64,000 nucleotides of DNA. Origin: an uncultured Bacillota bacterium (GTDB lineage Bacteria > Bacillota > Clostridia > Christensenellales > UBA1242). Each line of letters starts with the position of its first letter. Within the stretch, counting starts at the first letter, position 1. Made by a program: the position numbers and the translations under genes. The notes under the pieces are model-generated. The model searched no databases, was not told the DNA's origin, and saw only the letters and a list, made by a program, of their open reading frames with translations. The stretch lies in assembly GCA_900544595.1 (NCBI GenBank), contig UQVQ01000003.1, positions 10,042 through 74,041 of the forward strand, given 5' to 3'. Positions 1 to 7,836 of this stretch are shown here, one piece after another.

Positions 1-1011
1 ATCGGGCAGGTAAAAATCAGGTTTATATGTTTTTAGCCATTCGGGTTTTTTGTTTATTTCTAAATCAGTTTGATAAAAACTCTCATATTCATATTTTATG
101 CCTAATAAATAAAGTACATTTGCAATAGTTCTTTCATAATGACTTTTAACTTTTTCTTTATTAAAAGTTATTAATTTGTCGCCAATATCTATATTTTCTA
201 AATTTTTCAATAATTCTAATTTATTATTTATATTAAAATTTTCTTTAATATCTAAACCATGTTGTTCTTTTAAGAATTTCAAATATTCCTTAGCAAATTC
301 TTCTACAAACATATATTGAAATTCAAAATCAGAATTAACTAATTCTCTAAATATTTCTCCGACAACTCTATAAGCATAATTTTCATCAGCAATTTTTAAC
401 TTTTCATCAATTACATTTAAAGCAAACTTGTGAAATGTTTGAGCTTTGATATTTGTATTACTTATCTTTGTTAGTCTTTCAGACAACTCGTCACAAGCCT
501 TATTTGTAAAAGATATTAAAAGCAATTCATTAGCATTTATTCCTTTACTAAGTAAATACTTAACTTTTCCACAAATAGTTAATGTCTTACCAGTTCCTGC
601 ACCTGCAACAACTAGGGTGGCATTTTGATTTCTAACACAAACGGTCTTTTGCTGTTCATCAAGTGATTTATTATCTATGTTTGAGAATAGATTAAAATAT
701 CTATCTTTTTCCTCTTTTACAAATTTCTCATTATGTTTATCAATTTCTTTTTCTAAATTTTGATAAGTTAACATAAATTCATCAATAATGTCATTGTGAA
801 AAAGATTAAATAATTTATATGTAAATGCATATTGTTTTCGTAAACCGTGCGTAGTTTTTTTATCTATAAATTCATTTTTATCTAGTAAATTATTAAATTT
901 AACTAGAAAAAGATTTGCAGACATTGTTTTGATTAAATAGCAAACACCTGCAAATATAAAAAATATAAACAAACAACCAACTATAATTCCAAATATTATC
1001 AACTCTAACAT
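1..1011 (-). CDS. UvrD/Rep-superfamily (helicase IV-like) helicase. Only the N-terminal 337 codons are present because the gene runs off the left edge. It has an N-terminal TM helix and a PD-(D/E)XK-like nuclease insert.
   Basis: Not in the ORF track because no stop lies in the window. My translation starts from the ATG (cat at 1009-1011). It reads MLELIIFGIIVGCLFIFFIFAGVCYLI (hydrophobic helix), then SLDEQQKTVCVRNQNATLVVAGAGTGKTLTICGKVKYLL (Q motif plus SF1 Walker A), then SHYERTIANVLYLLGIKYEYESFYQ...YKPDFYLPD (restriction-endonuclease-like motif). The frame closes exactly at base 1. Confidence 0.75.
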   Translation of the reverse strand, partial: MLELIIFGIIVGCLFIFFIFAGVCYLIKTMSANLFLVKFNNLLDKNEFIDKKTTHGLRKQYAFTYKLFNLFHNDIIDEFMLTYQNLEKEIDKHNEKFVKEEKDRYFNLFSNIDNKSLDEQQKTVCVRNQNATLVVAGAGTGKTLTICGKVKYLLSKGINANELLLISFTNKACDELSERLTKISNTNIKAQTFHKFALNVIDEKLKIADENYAYRVVGEIFRELVNSDFEFQYMFVEEFAKEYLKFLKEQHGLDIKENFNINNKLELLKNLENIDIGDKLITFNKEKVKSHYERTIANVLYLLGIKYEYESFYQTDLEINKKPEWLKTYKPDFYLPD

Positions 1012-1344
1012 ATAATGTATTATATTACAAAAGGTTATTTTTTTGCAATGATATTAACTAACACTAAATATTTCATTTAATGATACTAAATTTTGCACTA
1101 TACCATAAATATATCCAATTTACACTTACTGATAAAATTTATAAAATTAAAGAAGTTATCTAATTATGGCATTTAAATGTGTGCTTGTCTTGTACAAGTC
1201 GGTGTCGCTACGCTCCACCGAAGACAAGCAGACTCTACAACTAAATAAATGAAAGCAAAACACCTTAACCAAAGTTGATTAAAGTGTTATCCGTGTTTTT
1301 GCTAGTTTCAAACAGTATAGACTAACCTGTCGTTCTTTTTTTGC

Positions 1345-1373
1345 TTTACATCTTAATTTTCTTGTGATATAAT
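1345..1373 (+). promoter_or_regulatory. sigma-A type promoter of the SRP RNA gene
   Basis: -35 TTTACA (1345-1350), 17-nt spacer ending in TGa, -10 TATAAT (1368-1373). Confidence 0.6.
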
Positions 1374-1377
1374 GCAG

Positions 1378-1650
1378 TTGCTGCACTAGGTGGGGAGCTA
1401 GCGGTGCCCTGAACTTGCAATCCGCTATAGCAAGATCGAAGAATTGACTGCGGCAATTTCATTTTGACGGAATGAGTTATAACTTTTGCGTTGAAATCAA
1501 GGTCTTAAGCATTGTTTTGCTGTGAACCATGTCAGGCCCTGACGGGAGCATCATTAAGCAGATTAAAGCAAGTGATTTAAGGAAACTTTGGTGGAGCAAA
1601 ATTTATGATGGCTCGGCAAGGTGGGTTGACAAATCAATTGTGCAGCACGG
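1378..1650 (+). ncRNA. ffs: Signal recognition particle RNA, long Bacillus-type (scRNA) with Alu domain
   Basis: The 5' part GGTGGGGAGCTAGCGGTGCCCTGAACTTGCAATCCGCTATAGCAAG matches the B. subtilis scRNA Alu-domain sequence as I remember it. Domain IV reads GAACCATGTCAGGCCCTGACGGGAGCATCATTAAGCAG (about 1526-1563). 5' TTGCTGCAC pairs with 3' GTGCAGCA. Length is about 270 nt. Confidence 0.88.
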
Positions 1651-1668
1651 CGAAAGCCGTTTTTTTTA
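1647..1668 (+). terminator. Intrinsic terminator after SRP RNA
   Basis: ACGGC-GAAA-GCCGT hairpin followed by T8. Confidence 0.8.
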
Positions 1669-1692
1669 TTTTTATAAACTTTTTAAACAAAC

Positions 1693-2061
1693 CTAAAAAA
1701 ATTTTGATATATATGCTGCGCCAAGCGAAACTCCAAATATAAGAAGAAGATAGAACGTTAACAGGAAGAATTTTTTAAGCTTCGATTTTTTATTGCTGTT
1801 TTTTTCTTCCTGCTCAACCTCAAAAATTCTTCGGCCCCTTGGAAGCGGCGAAACGCAAAAGACTTCATTGTCGCTGTATTTAACAGAAACATACTCCCCC
1901 GTTTTAAGATATCCCATAAGTTGGGAAATTGTGTCGAAATCAACTTTAAATTTTTTTGGCATAAGACGAATTAAGTCGTCAACCTCCAAAACTCGATACG
2001 ACCCCTCATTGCATTCCTTGTTAATAATTCGTAAAAGCGCTTCGCTTCTTTTATCTAACAT
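1693..2061 (-). CDS. Hypothetical protein with a winged-helix-like N-terminal domain and a C-terminal TM anchor
   Basis: 122-aa ORF. The C-terminus FFLLTFYLLLIFGVSLGAAYI is hydrophobic. The N-terminal 70 aa look like a small DNA-binding or wHTH fold, but I recognise no family. Confidence 0.5.
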   Translation of the reverse strand: MLDKRSEALLRIINKECNEGSYRVLEVDDLIRLMPKKFKVDFDTISQLMGYLKTGEYVSVKYSDNEVFCVSPLPRGRRIFEVEQEEKNSNKKSKLKKFFLLTFYLLLIFGVSLGAAYISKFF

Positions 2062-2127
2062 ACCCCTATTATTTGCAAATACATTGATTTTATTTCATCT
2101 TTAAACGTCCTTAAAATTTTGTTTAAC

Positions 2128-2169
2128 CTCCCCCAAAAACAAAAAAAGAAAAGCAAACTTTTGCTTTTC
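2128..2169 (-). terminator. Strong intrinsic terminator (minus strand) following the duplicated tRNA-Glu 3' fragment
   Basis: Perfect 10-bp palindrome gaaaagcaaa-ct-tttgcttttc (2148-2169), followed on the minus strand by TTTTTTTGTTTTT. Confidence 0.75.
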
Positions 2170-2198
2170 AAAAAATTTGGTGCTCTCATGGGGAATCG
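2153..2198 (-). repeat. 46-nt direct repeat of the tRNA-Glu 3' end plus its 3' flank (copy 1; copy 2 is 2331-2376)
   Basis: gcaaacttttgcttttcaaaaaatttggtGcTctcatggggaatcg versus gcaaacttttgcttttcaaaaaatttggtAcCctcatggggaatcg. There are 2 mismatches and the copies lie 178 bp apart. Confidence 0.9.
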
Positions 2199-2244
2199 CT
2201 CCGCGGAAGAAAGGCGCTGATGGATTTGCGCTTTCACGCCGGCG

Positions 2245-2278
2245 CTAAAAAACAACGACACCGCGTTGTTTTTTTTAA
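2245..2278. terminator. Bidirectional intrinsic terminator inside the tRNA-like scar
   Basis: Stem AACAACG, loop ACACCG, stem CGTTGTT, flanked by an A6 run upstream and a T8 run downstream. Confidence 0.7.
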
Positions 2279-2355
2279 CGCTTAGTTCGATTCCCCTCAA
2301 AACAAAAAAAACAAAAATTTAACTCAATGAGCAAACTTTTGCTTTTCAAAAAATT

Positions 2356-2430
2356 TGGTACCCTCATGGGGAATCGAACCCCAGATTCCGCCGTGAGAGG
2401 GCGACGTCTTAACCGCTTGACCATGAGGGC
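2356..2430 (-). tRNA. tRNA-Glu (anticodon CUC), CCA encoded
   Basis: Reverse complement: GCCCTCATGGTCAAGCGGTTAAGACGTCGCCCTCTCACGGCGGAATCTGGGGTTCGATTCCCCATGAGGGTACCA. It folds as a cloverleaf with anticodon loop CTCTCAC. Confidence 0.93.
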
Positions 2431-2447
2431 ATTTTTAAAACAAAGAA

Positions 2448-2476
2448 ATTATAGCAAAAGAAAAACAAAAAAACAA
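2448..2476 (-). promoter_or_regulatory. Promoter of tRNA-Glu
   Basis: On the minus strand: TTGTTT, 17-nt spacer ending TGc, then TATAAT. The -10 box lies about 18 nt upstream of the tRNA 5' end. Confidence 0.55.
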
Positions 2477-2496
2477 GTGTTTTTACAACTTGTTTT
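2462..2496 (-). terminator. Terminator of the parC-linked operon
   Basis: ACAAGT/ACTTGT hairpin directly after the stop codon at 2497, followed by T7 on the minus strand. Confidence 0.65.
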
Positions 2497-2928
2497 TTAA
2501 AGATTTTGTTCAAGTGAATTTTCAAAATTCTTACTTATTATTTTATTAAAAATTTTTTCAACACGCGAAGCGTAAAGAGGTTTTGCAAAATCGAAAAGAT
2601 GATTTGCAATTGAAGGAATGTTTCCATATGCTTCGTTATAAAGTTTATCAACAACAGCATATGTTTTTTCTTTTCCTTTTGCAATTCCAATTTGAAGTTC
2701 ATCAATTTTCTCAATTGTTTTAAAAACATTTTCAATTTCTTCTTTCGCGCCTTTGTTTTCGCGAAGAAGCCAATTTATGTAAACTTCGTTTTGCTCAATT
2801 TGCATAATCAAGAATCGTTTGTTTTCGGAATCGTTAAGATGCGCTTTAAGTGTTAAATTATCTTGAAGACGGTCAAAAACTTTGTCAACATAATCAATTT
2901 TTGTTGGATTAGTTATAAGGAAATTCAT
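2497..2928 (-). CDS. Hypothetical protein (143 aa, predicted helical)
   Basis: ORF 2497..2940 in the track. I prefer the ATG at 2928 (MNFLITNP...), which is preceded by GGAG 6 nt upstream; the track start at 2940 is TTG. No family recognised. Confidence 0.55.
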   Translation of the reverse strand: MNFLITNPTKIDYVDKVFDRLQDNLTLKAHLNDSENKRFLIMQIEQNEVYINWLLRENKGAKEEIENVFKTIEKIDELQIGIAKGKEKTYAVVDKLYNEAYGNIPSIANHLFDFAKPLYASRVEKIFNKIISKNFENSLEQNL

Positions 2929-2941
2929 ATTTTGCTCCAAT

Positions 2942-3457
2942 TTATTTTAATTTTTTTCCGCATTTTCTGCAATATTCGTCGTCAACATCATTTTGAGTTC
3001 CGCATTCACAAATTTTGTTTTCTCTTAAATTTGCTCCGCATTTATTGCAAAAAAGTTCATCTTCATCAATAATGTCGCCGCAATGTGGACAATATTTATT
3101 AACATCAAGCGATTTTGTTGCAACACCTGTTATAACAATTGCAAGCCCCGCACGAATTGCAGCAATTCCAAATGTCATTAACAACCCGCCAAGAATAAAG
3201 ATTACTGGCCCAATTATTGTTGTTACAGAAGTTTTCATTGTTTCAACGCTTTTAAAGCCGCCCACTGCAAAAGTTATAAAACCAGCAATAATCATTGCAA
3301 TTCCTAAGCCTGCTCCAACTCCGCCCCATGTTAAAAGTTTTTTGCGGATTTTTTTTGCAGGTTCACCGTTAACTGTTCCGTTAACTTTGTCCATTCGTTC
3401 GTTTGCTTTTTCAATAAGTTTTGCAAACAACCCGTTATAATTTGAATTATTGTTCAT
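2942..3457 (-). CDS. Membrane protein with a C-terminal double zinc-ribbon
   Basis: Two or three hydrophobic helices (WGGVGAGLGIAMIIAGFITFAVGGF, IIGPVIFILGGLLMTFGIAAI, AIVITGVA). Next come CPHCGDIIDEDELFCNKCGANL and CECGTQNDVDDEYCRKCGKKL. RBS AGGAGGGGG. Confidence 0.7.
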   Translation of the reverse strand: MNNNSNYNGLFAKLIEKANERMDKVNGTVNGEPAKKIRKKLLTWGGVGAGLGIAMIIAGFITFAVGGFKSVETMKTSVTTIIGPVIFILGGLLMTFGIAAIRAGLAIVITGVATKSLDVNKYCPHCGDIIDEDELFCNKCGANLRENKICECGTQNDVDDEYCRKCGKKLK

Positions 3458-3502
3458 TTCCCCCTCCTAAATCTTTCTATCATATTTCAACTTTTAATGC
3501 AA

Positions 3503-4042
3503 TTATTCTTCTTCAATAAGTGTTTCATAAACATTTTCATAAATTGTTGCCGCTTTTTCACGCCAAAGACGAACAGCGTTAATTGCACTTGAACGCGAAG
3601 GCGCACGAAATTCAACAATAAACATTGGCTCATTGTCGAAAGGCGAACGAATTTTAAGTTTAAGGTTGTATGAGCCGTCTTCAAGTTTTTCATAGTCTGC
3701 CAAATATTCTTGGCTGCGCTTGAAAACAAGTCGATTTTGTTTTGTAAATTCAGTTATCTCCTCGCGAAGAGCAAGAGGAATTCGGCGATAGAAATGCGAG
3801 AGGCAATTTCGTCCTTCATAGGAAATGTTATAGCGTGGTTCTTCTCCGTTTGGATCGATATTATATATAAATCCAACTTCCAAAAGAGAATACAAAATTT
3901 CTTTGCATTCCATATAGTTAACCCAATTGTTTCGGCTTGAACATATGTCCAAAATTGAATTTTCGGCAAGCGGAATTTCAATTTTTTCCAAAACAAAAAG
4001 CAAAACTAATTTATTAACAGTTGAGTCGGAACTTATGTTCAT
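3503..4042 (-). CDS. Uncharacterised protein, possibly DUF4364-like (wHTH-type N-terminal domain)
   Basis: 179 aa, RBS AAAGGAGAG. Size and sequence style resemble the DUF4364 family of Clostridia. This is from memory only and is not verifiable here. Confidence 0.35.
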   Translation of the reverse strand: MNISSDSTVNKLVLLFVLEKIEIPLAENSILDICSSRNNWVNYMECKEILYSLLEVGFIYNIDPNGEEPRYNISYEGRNCLSHFYRRIPLALREEITEFTKQNRLVFKRSQEYLADYEKLEDGSYNLKLKIRSPFDNEPMFIVEFRAPSRSSAINAVRLWREKAATIYENVYETLIEEE

Positions 4043-4059
4043 TTTTCATCTCTCCTTTC

Positions 4060-6882
4060 CTACTGGACGCAATATCTCCATGCCCCAGAAAGTTTATCTT
4101 TTGAAATTTGTTTTCCGTCGCTAAGTCGGCTTAAAATTGGAACATTCGTTAAAAGAGAAAGTTTATCATTTGCCATAAGCGCAACGCTTGGGCTGTCGTA
4201 ATCAAATTCAGCATAAATAAGACTTCCCTTAAGTCCAAGGTTAATTCCACGAAGCCCTTTGCGGTATCTTGCCGAAAGCCCGAATTCAGCAATTGGAACG
4301 CGTTTTGCAACACCTTTATCGGAAATTAAAGTTAAGTTTCCTGCTTTATCAACTTGGGTTGCATAAACAACATTGTCGCCGTCGTCAAGGTTAATTCCCT
4401 TAACGCCGCCCGAAACTCTTCCTTGAACAGGAATGTCAGTTTTTTCAAAGTTAAGAACCATGGCTTGTTTTGTTACGCAAACAATTGAACCGCCCTCCTT
4501 AAACATTTCAACGCCAACAACCTCTTCAAGATTTTTAAGTTTAATTGCTTGGAAAAATGCTTTTGCAATGTCATATTCCTCAAGTTTTGTTCGTTTAACC
4601 ATTCCGTCGCTCGTGAAGAAAATAAGTTCTTTCCCTTCAAGTTTTTCTGGAAGTTCGAAAATCTTAATTGCTTTTTCGTCGCTTGGAATTCTCTTGTCAA
4701 CGGCTTTTAATGTTGCGCCTTTTTCTTTCCATTTAAGTTCTGGAATGAACCCAGCAGTTGTTTTATAGCAATTTCCTTTGTTTGTTAAAATCAAAATTTT
4801 TGTTGTGTTTTTTGTTTTAAGAAGTTGAGAATGAACATGCTCAACTGTTGAGGAATCGCCAAGGTCTTTTTGCGCAAGGTTAAAGTTTTTAAGAGGAATT
4901 GATTTAACATTTCCGCTTCCCGTAACCGCCAACATAACCTCTGTTTCGGTTATAACAGGCTCAATTTTAATCCTTGTTTTTGCTTCTTCAACAATAATTT
5001 TTTTGTCAATATTGCTCTTTCTTGTTGATTTAAAGCGGCGGCGAATATCGCCAAGTTCACTTTTAACAACGCCAAGTTGAAGTTTTTTGCTTTCATAAAT
5101 TTTTGTAAGTTCTGCAATTCGAATTTTAAGCGCTTCAAGTTCTTCTTTAAGTTTATTAACTTCCAAGTTAACAAGACGCGCAAGACGCATATCCAAAATT
5201 GCTTGTGCTTGTTTTTCGCTTAAAACAAATTTAGAGCGAAGTTTAAGTTTTGCTTCGCTAACCGAGGCGGAAGATTTAATAATTTTAATAACTTCGTCGA
5301 TATTTTTAATTGCAATAAGCAAGCCTTCCAAAATATGTGCGCGATCTTTTGCTTGGTCAAGTTCAAATTTTGTTCGACGATAGATAATTTCGCGTTGATA
5401 TTCTGTGTAGTAGGAAATGATTTCCATGAGCCCCATTTGCTTTGGTTTTCCGCCTGCAATTGCAACCATGTTAATTCCAAATGTAACTTGAAGTTGCGTT
5501 TGTTTAAACAAATAGTCCAAAATAAATTGTTCGTTTGCCTCTTTTTTAAGGCGAATAACGGCTCTAAGACCGCTCCTGTCCGACTCGTCGCGAATTTCGG
5601 TTATTCCAGAAAGGAAATTCTTGTTTGCTTCGCGAAGTTCAGCAATTTTTTGAAGCAATGCCGCTTTATTAACTTGATATGGAACTTCGGTTATAACGAT
5701 TGATTTCTTGTCGCCCTTTTCTTCAATGTGAGTTTTTGCGCGAATTAAAACCTTCCCTCGCCCTGTTCGATAGGCTTGTTCAAGTTCATCGCCCGCAATA
5801 ACAATTCCGCCCGTTGGAAAATCTGGTCCTTTAATGATTTTCATCATTTCTTCCAAACTTATTTTTGGATTATCAATGTAAGCAATAATTCCTTCAATAA
5901 CCTCGGAAAGATTATGTGGAGGAATGTTTGTTGCAACACCAACAGCAATTCCATATGTTCCGTTAACTAAAAGGTTTGGAAAACGCCCTGGAAGCATCGT
6001 TGGTTCTTTTAAAGTGTCGTCGAAGTTAAGCATCCAACGAACTGTGTTTTTATCCAAATCACGCAAGAGTTCCATTGCAAGAGGTGTTAAACGAGCTTCG
6101 GTGTATCTCATTGCCGCTGCACTGTCGCCATCGATTGACCCAAAGTTTCCGTGCCCGTCAACAAGAGGTTCGCGAAGAGAATAGCTTTGCGCCATTCTAA
6201 CCATTGCGTCGTAAACCGAACTGTCGCCGTGAGGGTGATACTTACCCATGCAATCCCCAACAATTCTTGCGGATTTTCTGTATTGCTTGTCTGGTTGAAG
6301 ACCAAGTTCAAGCATGGTATATAAAATTCTTCTTTGAACGGGTTTAAGTCCATCTTCAACGCGAGGAAGAGCACGGTCGAGAACAACGTGTTCGGTGTAT
6401 GGAATCATTGAGTTATGAAGAACATTTTCAAGAGAAGTTAAAATAATTCCGCTTCCGTCCGCTTCCGAAAGATCGAGTTTAACTTGTTTCACTCTTTCTT
6501 TTCTAACGCTGCCCTGTGGCTTGCTTGTTTCTCTGTCTTGCTCAATTTCGTCCAAAATGCTTTCTTGTTTCGAAGAAGAAGGCGAACCCTGCGCTTCTTC
6601 CAAAATTTCTTCTTTTCTTTCTTCGTCGCTCATGTTTTCCAAGTTAACATCTCTCCTTACTTTGCTTTTTTCTTCTTTAATGTTAATTTTCCCAAGTTCG
6701 TTTTCATTAAACTTTGTTTTTTCAATTTCTTGTTTTGAATTCAAAAAATCATCGAAACCAATTTGCCCATCCAAGTTTGCTTCAAACTTTTCCTCTTTTT
6801 CTTCAACAATTGGTTCAAGTTCGTCATAACATATTTGCCCTTCAATTGGTTGGGAGTTTTCGCTTTCGTTAAATTCGTCCAT
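4060..6882 (-). CDS. Type IIA DNA topoisomerase subunit A (ParC-like, no GyrA box seen) with a long acidic N-terminal extension
   Basis: [51 protein letters not shown] (catalytic Tyr region). The beta-pinwheel CTD lacks a Q(R/K)RGGKG motif. The first roughly 130-150 aa are E/D/K-rich low complexity. An alternative GTG start lies near 6490. Confidence 0.88.
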   Translation of the reverse strand: MDEFNESENSQPIEGQICYDELEPIVEEKEEKFEANLDGQIGFDDFLNSKQEIEKTKFNENELGKINIKEEKSKVRRDVNLENMSDEERKEEILEEAQGSPSSSKQESILDEIEQDRETSKPQGSVRKERVKQVKLDLSEADGSGIILTSLENVLHNSMIPYTEHVVLDRALPRVEDGLKPVQRRILYTMLELGLQPDKQYRKSARIVGDCMGKYHPHGDSSVYDAMVRMAQSYSLREPLVDGHGNFGSIDGDSAAAMRYTEARLTPLAMELLRDLDKNTVRWMLNFDDTLKEPTMLPGRFPNLLVNGTYGIAVGVATNIPPHNLSEVIEGIIAYIDNPKISLEEMMKIIKGPDFPTGGIVIAGDELEQAYRTGRGKVLIRAKTHIEEKGDKKSIVITEVPYQVNKAALLQKIAELREANKNFLSGITEIRDESDRSGLRAVIRLKKEANEQFILDYLFKQTQLQVTFGINMVAIAGGKPKQMGLMEIISYYTEYQREIIYRRTKFELDQAKDRAHILEGLLIAIKNIDEVIKIIKSSASVSEAKLKLRSKFVLSEKQAQAILDMRLARLVNLEVNKLKEELEALKIRIAELTKIYESKKLQLGVVKSELGDIRRRFKSTRKSNIDKKIIVEEAKTRIKIEPVITETEVMLAVTGSGNVKSIPLKNFNLAQKDLGDSSTVEHVHSQLLKTKNTTKILILTNKGNCYKTTAGFIPELKWKEKGATLKAVDKRIPSDEKAIKIFELPEKLEGKELIFFTSDGMVKRTKLEEYDIAKAFFQAIKLKNLEEVVGVEMFKEGGSIVCVTKQAMVLNFEKTDIPVQGRVSGGVKGINLDDGDNVVYATQVDKAGNLTLISDKGVAKRVPIAEFGLSARYRKGLRGINLGLKGSLIYAEFDYDSPSVALMANDKLSLLTNVPILSRLSDGKQISKDKLSGAWRYCVQ

Positions 6883-6893
6883 AATACAATATT

Positions 6894-6922
6894 ATTTTAA
6901 CACATTCAAAGCAAAAATTCAA
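6894..6922 (-). promoter_or_regulatory. Candidate promoter of the ParC-like gene (very short leader)
   Basis: On the minus strand: TTGAAT, 17 nt, TAAAAT, ending 11 nt before the ATG at 6882. No SD lies in between. Confidence 0.4.
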
Positions 6923-6933
6923 AACAATTCATT

Positions 6934-6961
6934 TTGAAAAAAACAATTTTAATAGTATATT
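6934..6961 (+). promoter_or_regulatory. Promoter placed for a leaderless transcript of the RluA-family gene
   Basis: TTGAAA, 16 nt, TATATT, then exactly 6 nt (aaaact) before the ATG at 6968. No SD. Confidence 0.5.
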
Positions 6962-6967
6962 AAAACT

Positions 6968-7825
6968 ATGATAAAAAAAGAAATTATTGCAAACAAACAA
7001 GATAAAGTTCTTAATATCGTTTCAAAAAATGATATAAGTTACGCAAACGCAAACAAGTGTTTAAGAAAAAAAGATATTCGCGTTGACAACAAAAAAATTA
7101 GCGAAAACATTGTTGTTTTCCCTGGGCAAACGATAACAATTTTCCTGCCAGAAGAGGCAATAGTTGTTGACGAAAGAAAGTTTTTTGAAATTGAATTTGA
7201 AGACGAAAATGTTGCAATCGTTAACAAAAAAAGCGGAATTGAAGTAACATCTCCAAACGAAAATTCAGTTGAAAAAATGCTTAATAAAAATCCGCAAAAA
7301 AAGTATTATGCGCTAAACAGGCTCGACAGAAACACCGAAGGGCTGGTTATTTTTGCAAAATCAAAAAATGTTTTGGAAATTCTTAAAAAAGCAATGAAAA
7401 AGGACGAAATAAGCAAATTTTATTTGGCAAATGTTGTTGGCGTTCCAAGTTGGGAAACAAAAACAGCAATTTCGTTTTTAATTAAAGACGATGAAAGAAG
7501 CGAAGTAAAAATTTATAATTCACCAAGAAAAGATGCTGTTAAAATTCAAACAAACTTAACAGTTATAAGTCGCTCCTCTGGCGGAACATCTGTTATTATG
7601 GCGGAAATTCATAACGGAAAAACCCACCAAATTCGCGCTCAGCTTGCAAACCTTGGTTTTCCAATAATTGGCGACGGAAAATATGGAAAGAATGTTGATA
7701 ACAGAAAATTTAAAGAAAAAACTCAAAAACTTACTTCGTTTAAAATCATTTTTAAAATAAAAGATGAAAAATTGAAATATCTTAACAATTTAGATTTTGA
7801 AATTACGCCTTCATGGGCAAAATAA
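6968..7825 (+). CDS. RluA-family pseudouridine synthase with an S4-like N-terminal domain
   Basis: NRLDRNTEGLVIFAKS (catalytic Asp motif) and GKTHQIRAQLANLGFPIIGDGKYG. Confidence 0.85.
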   Translation: MIKKEIIANKQDKVLNIVSKNDISYANANKCLRKKDIRVDNKKISENIVVFPGQTITIFLPEEAIVVDERKFFEIEFEDENVAIVNKKSGIEVTSPNENSVEKMLNKNPQKKYYALNRLDRNTEGLVIFAKSKNVLEILKKAMKKDEISKFYLANVVGVPSWETKTAISFLIKDDERSEVKIYNSPRKDAVKIQTNLTVISRSSGGTSVIMAEIHNGKTHQIRAQLANLGFPIIGDGKYGKNVDNRKFKEKTQKLTSFKIIFKIKDEKLKYLNNLDFEITPSWAK

Positions 7826-7836
7826 GGAGAGAAAAT

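Noticed and set aside
2055-2300. 81-aa minus-strand ORF from the track covering the tRNA-like scar.
   Set aside because: It runs through a terminator palindrome, a duplicated tRNA 3' end and a bidirectional terminator. It has no RBS. The GC-rich RNA-like sequence explains the open frame.
3015-3440. 141-aa plus-strand ORF overlapping the zinc-ribbon membrane protein gene.
   Set aside because: The minus-strand frame has a strong RBS, TM helices and two CxxC...CxxC zinc ribbons. The plus-strand product is a low-complexity mirror translation with no RBS.
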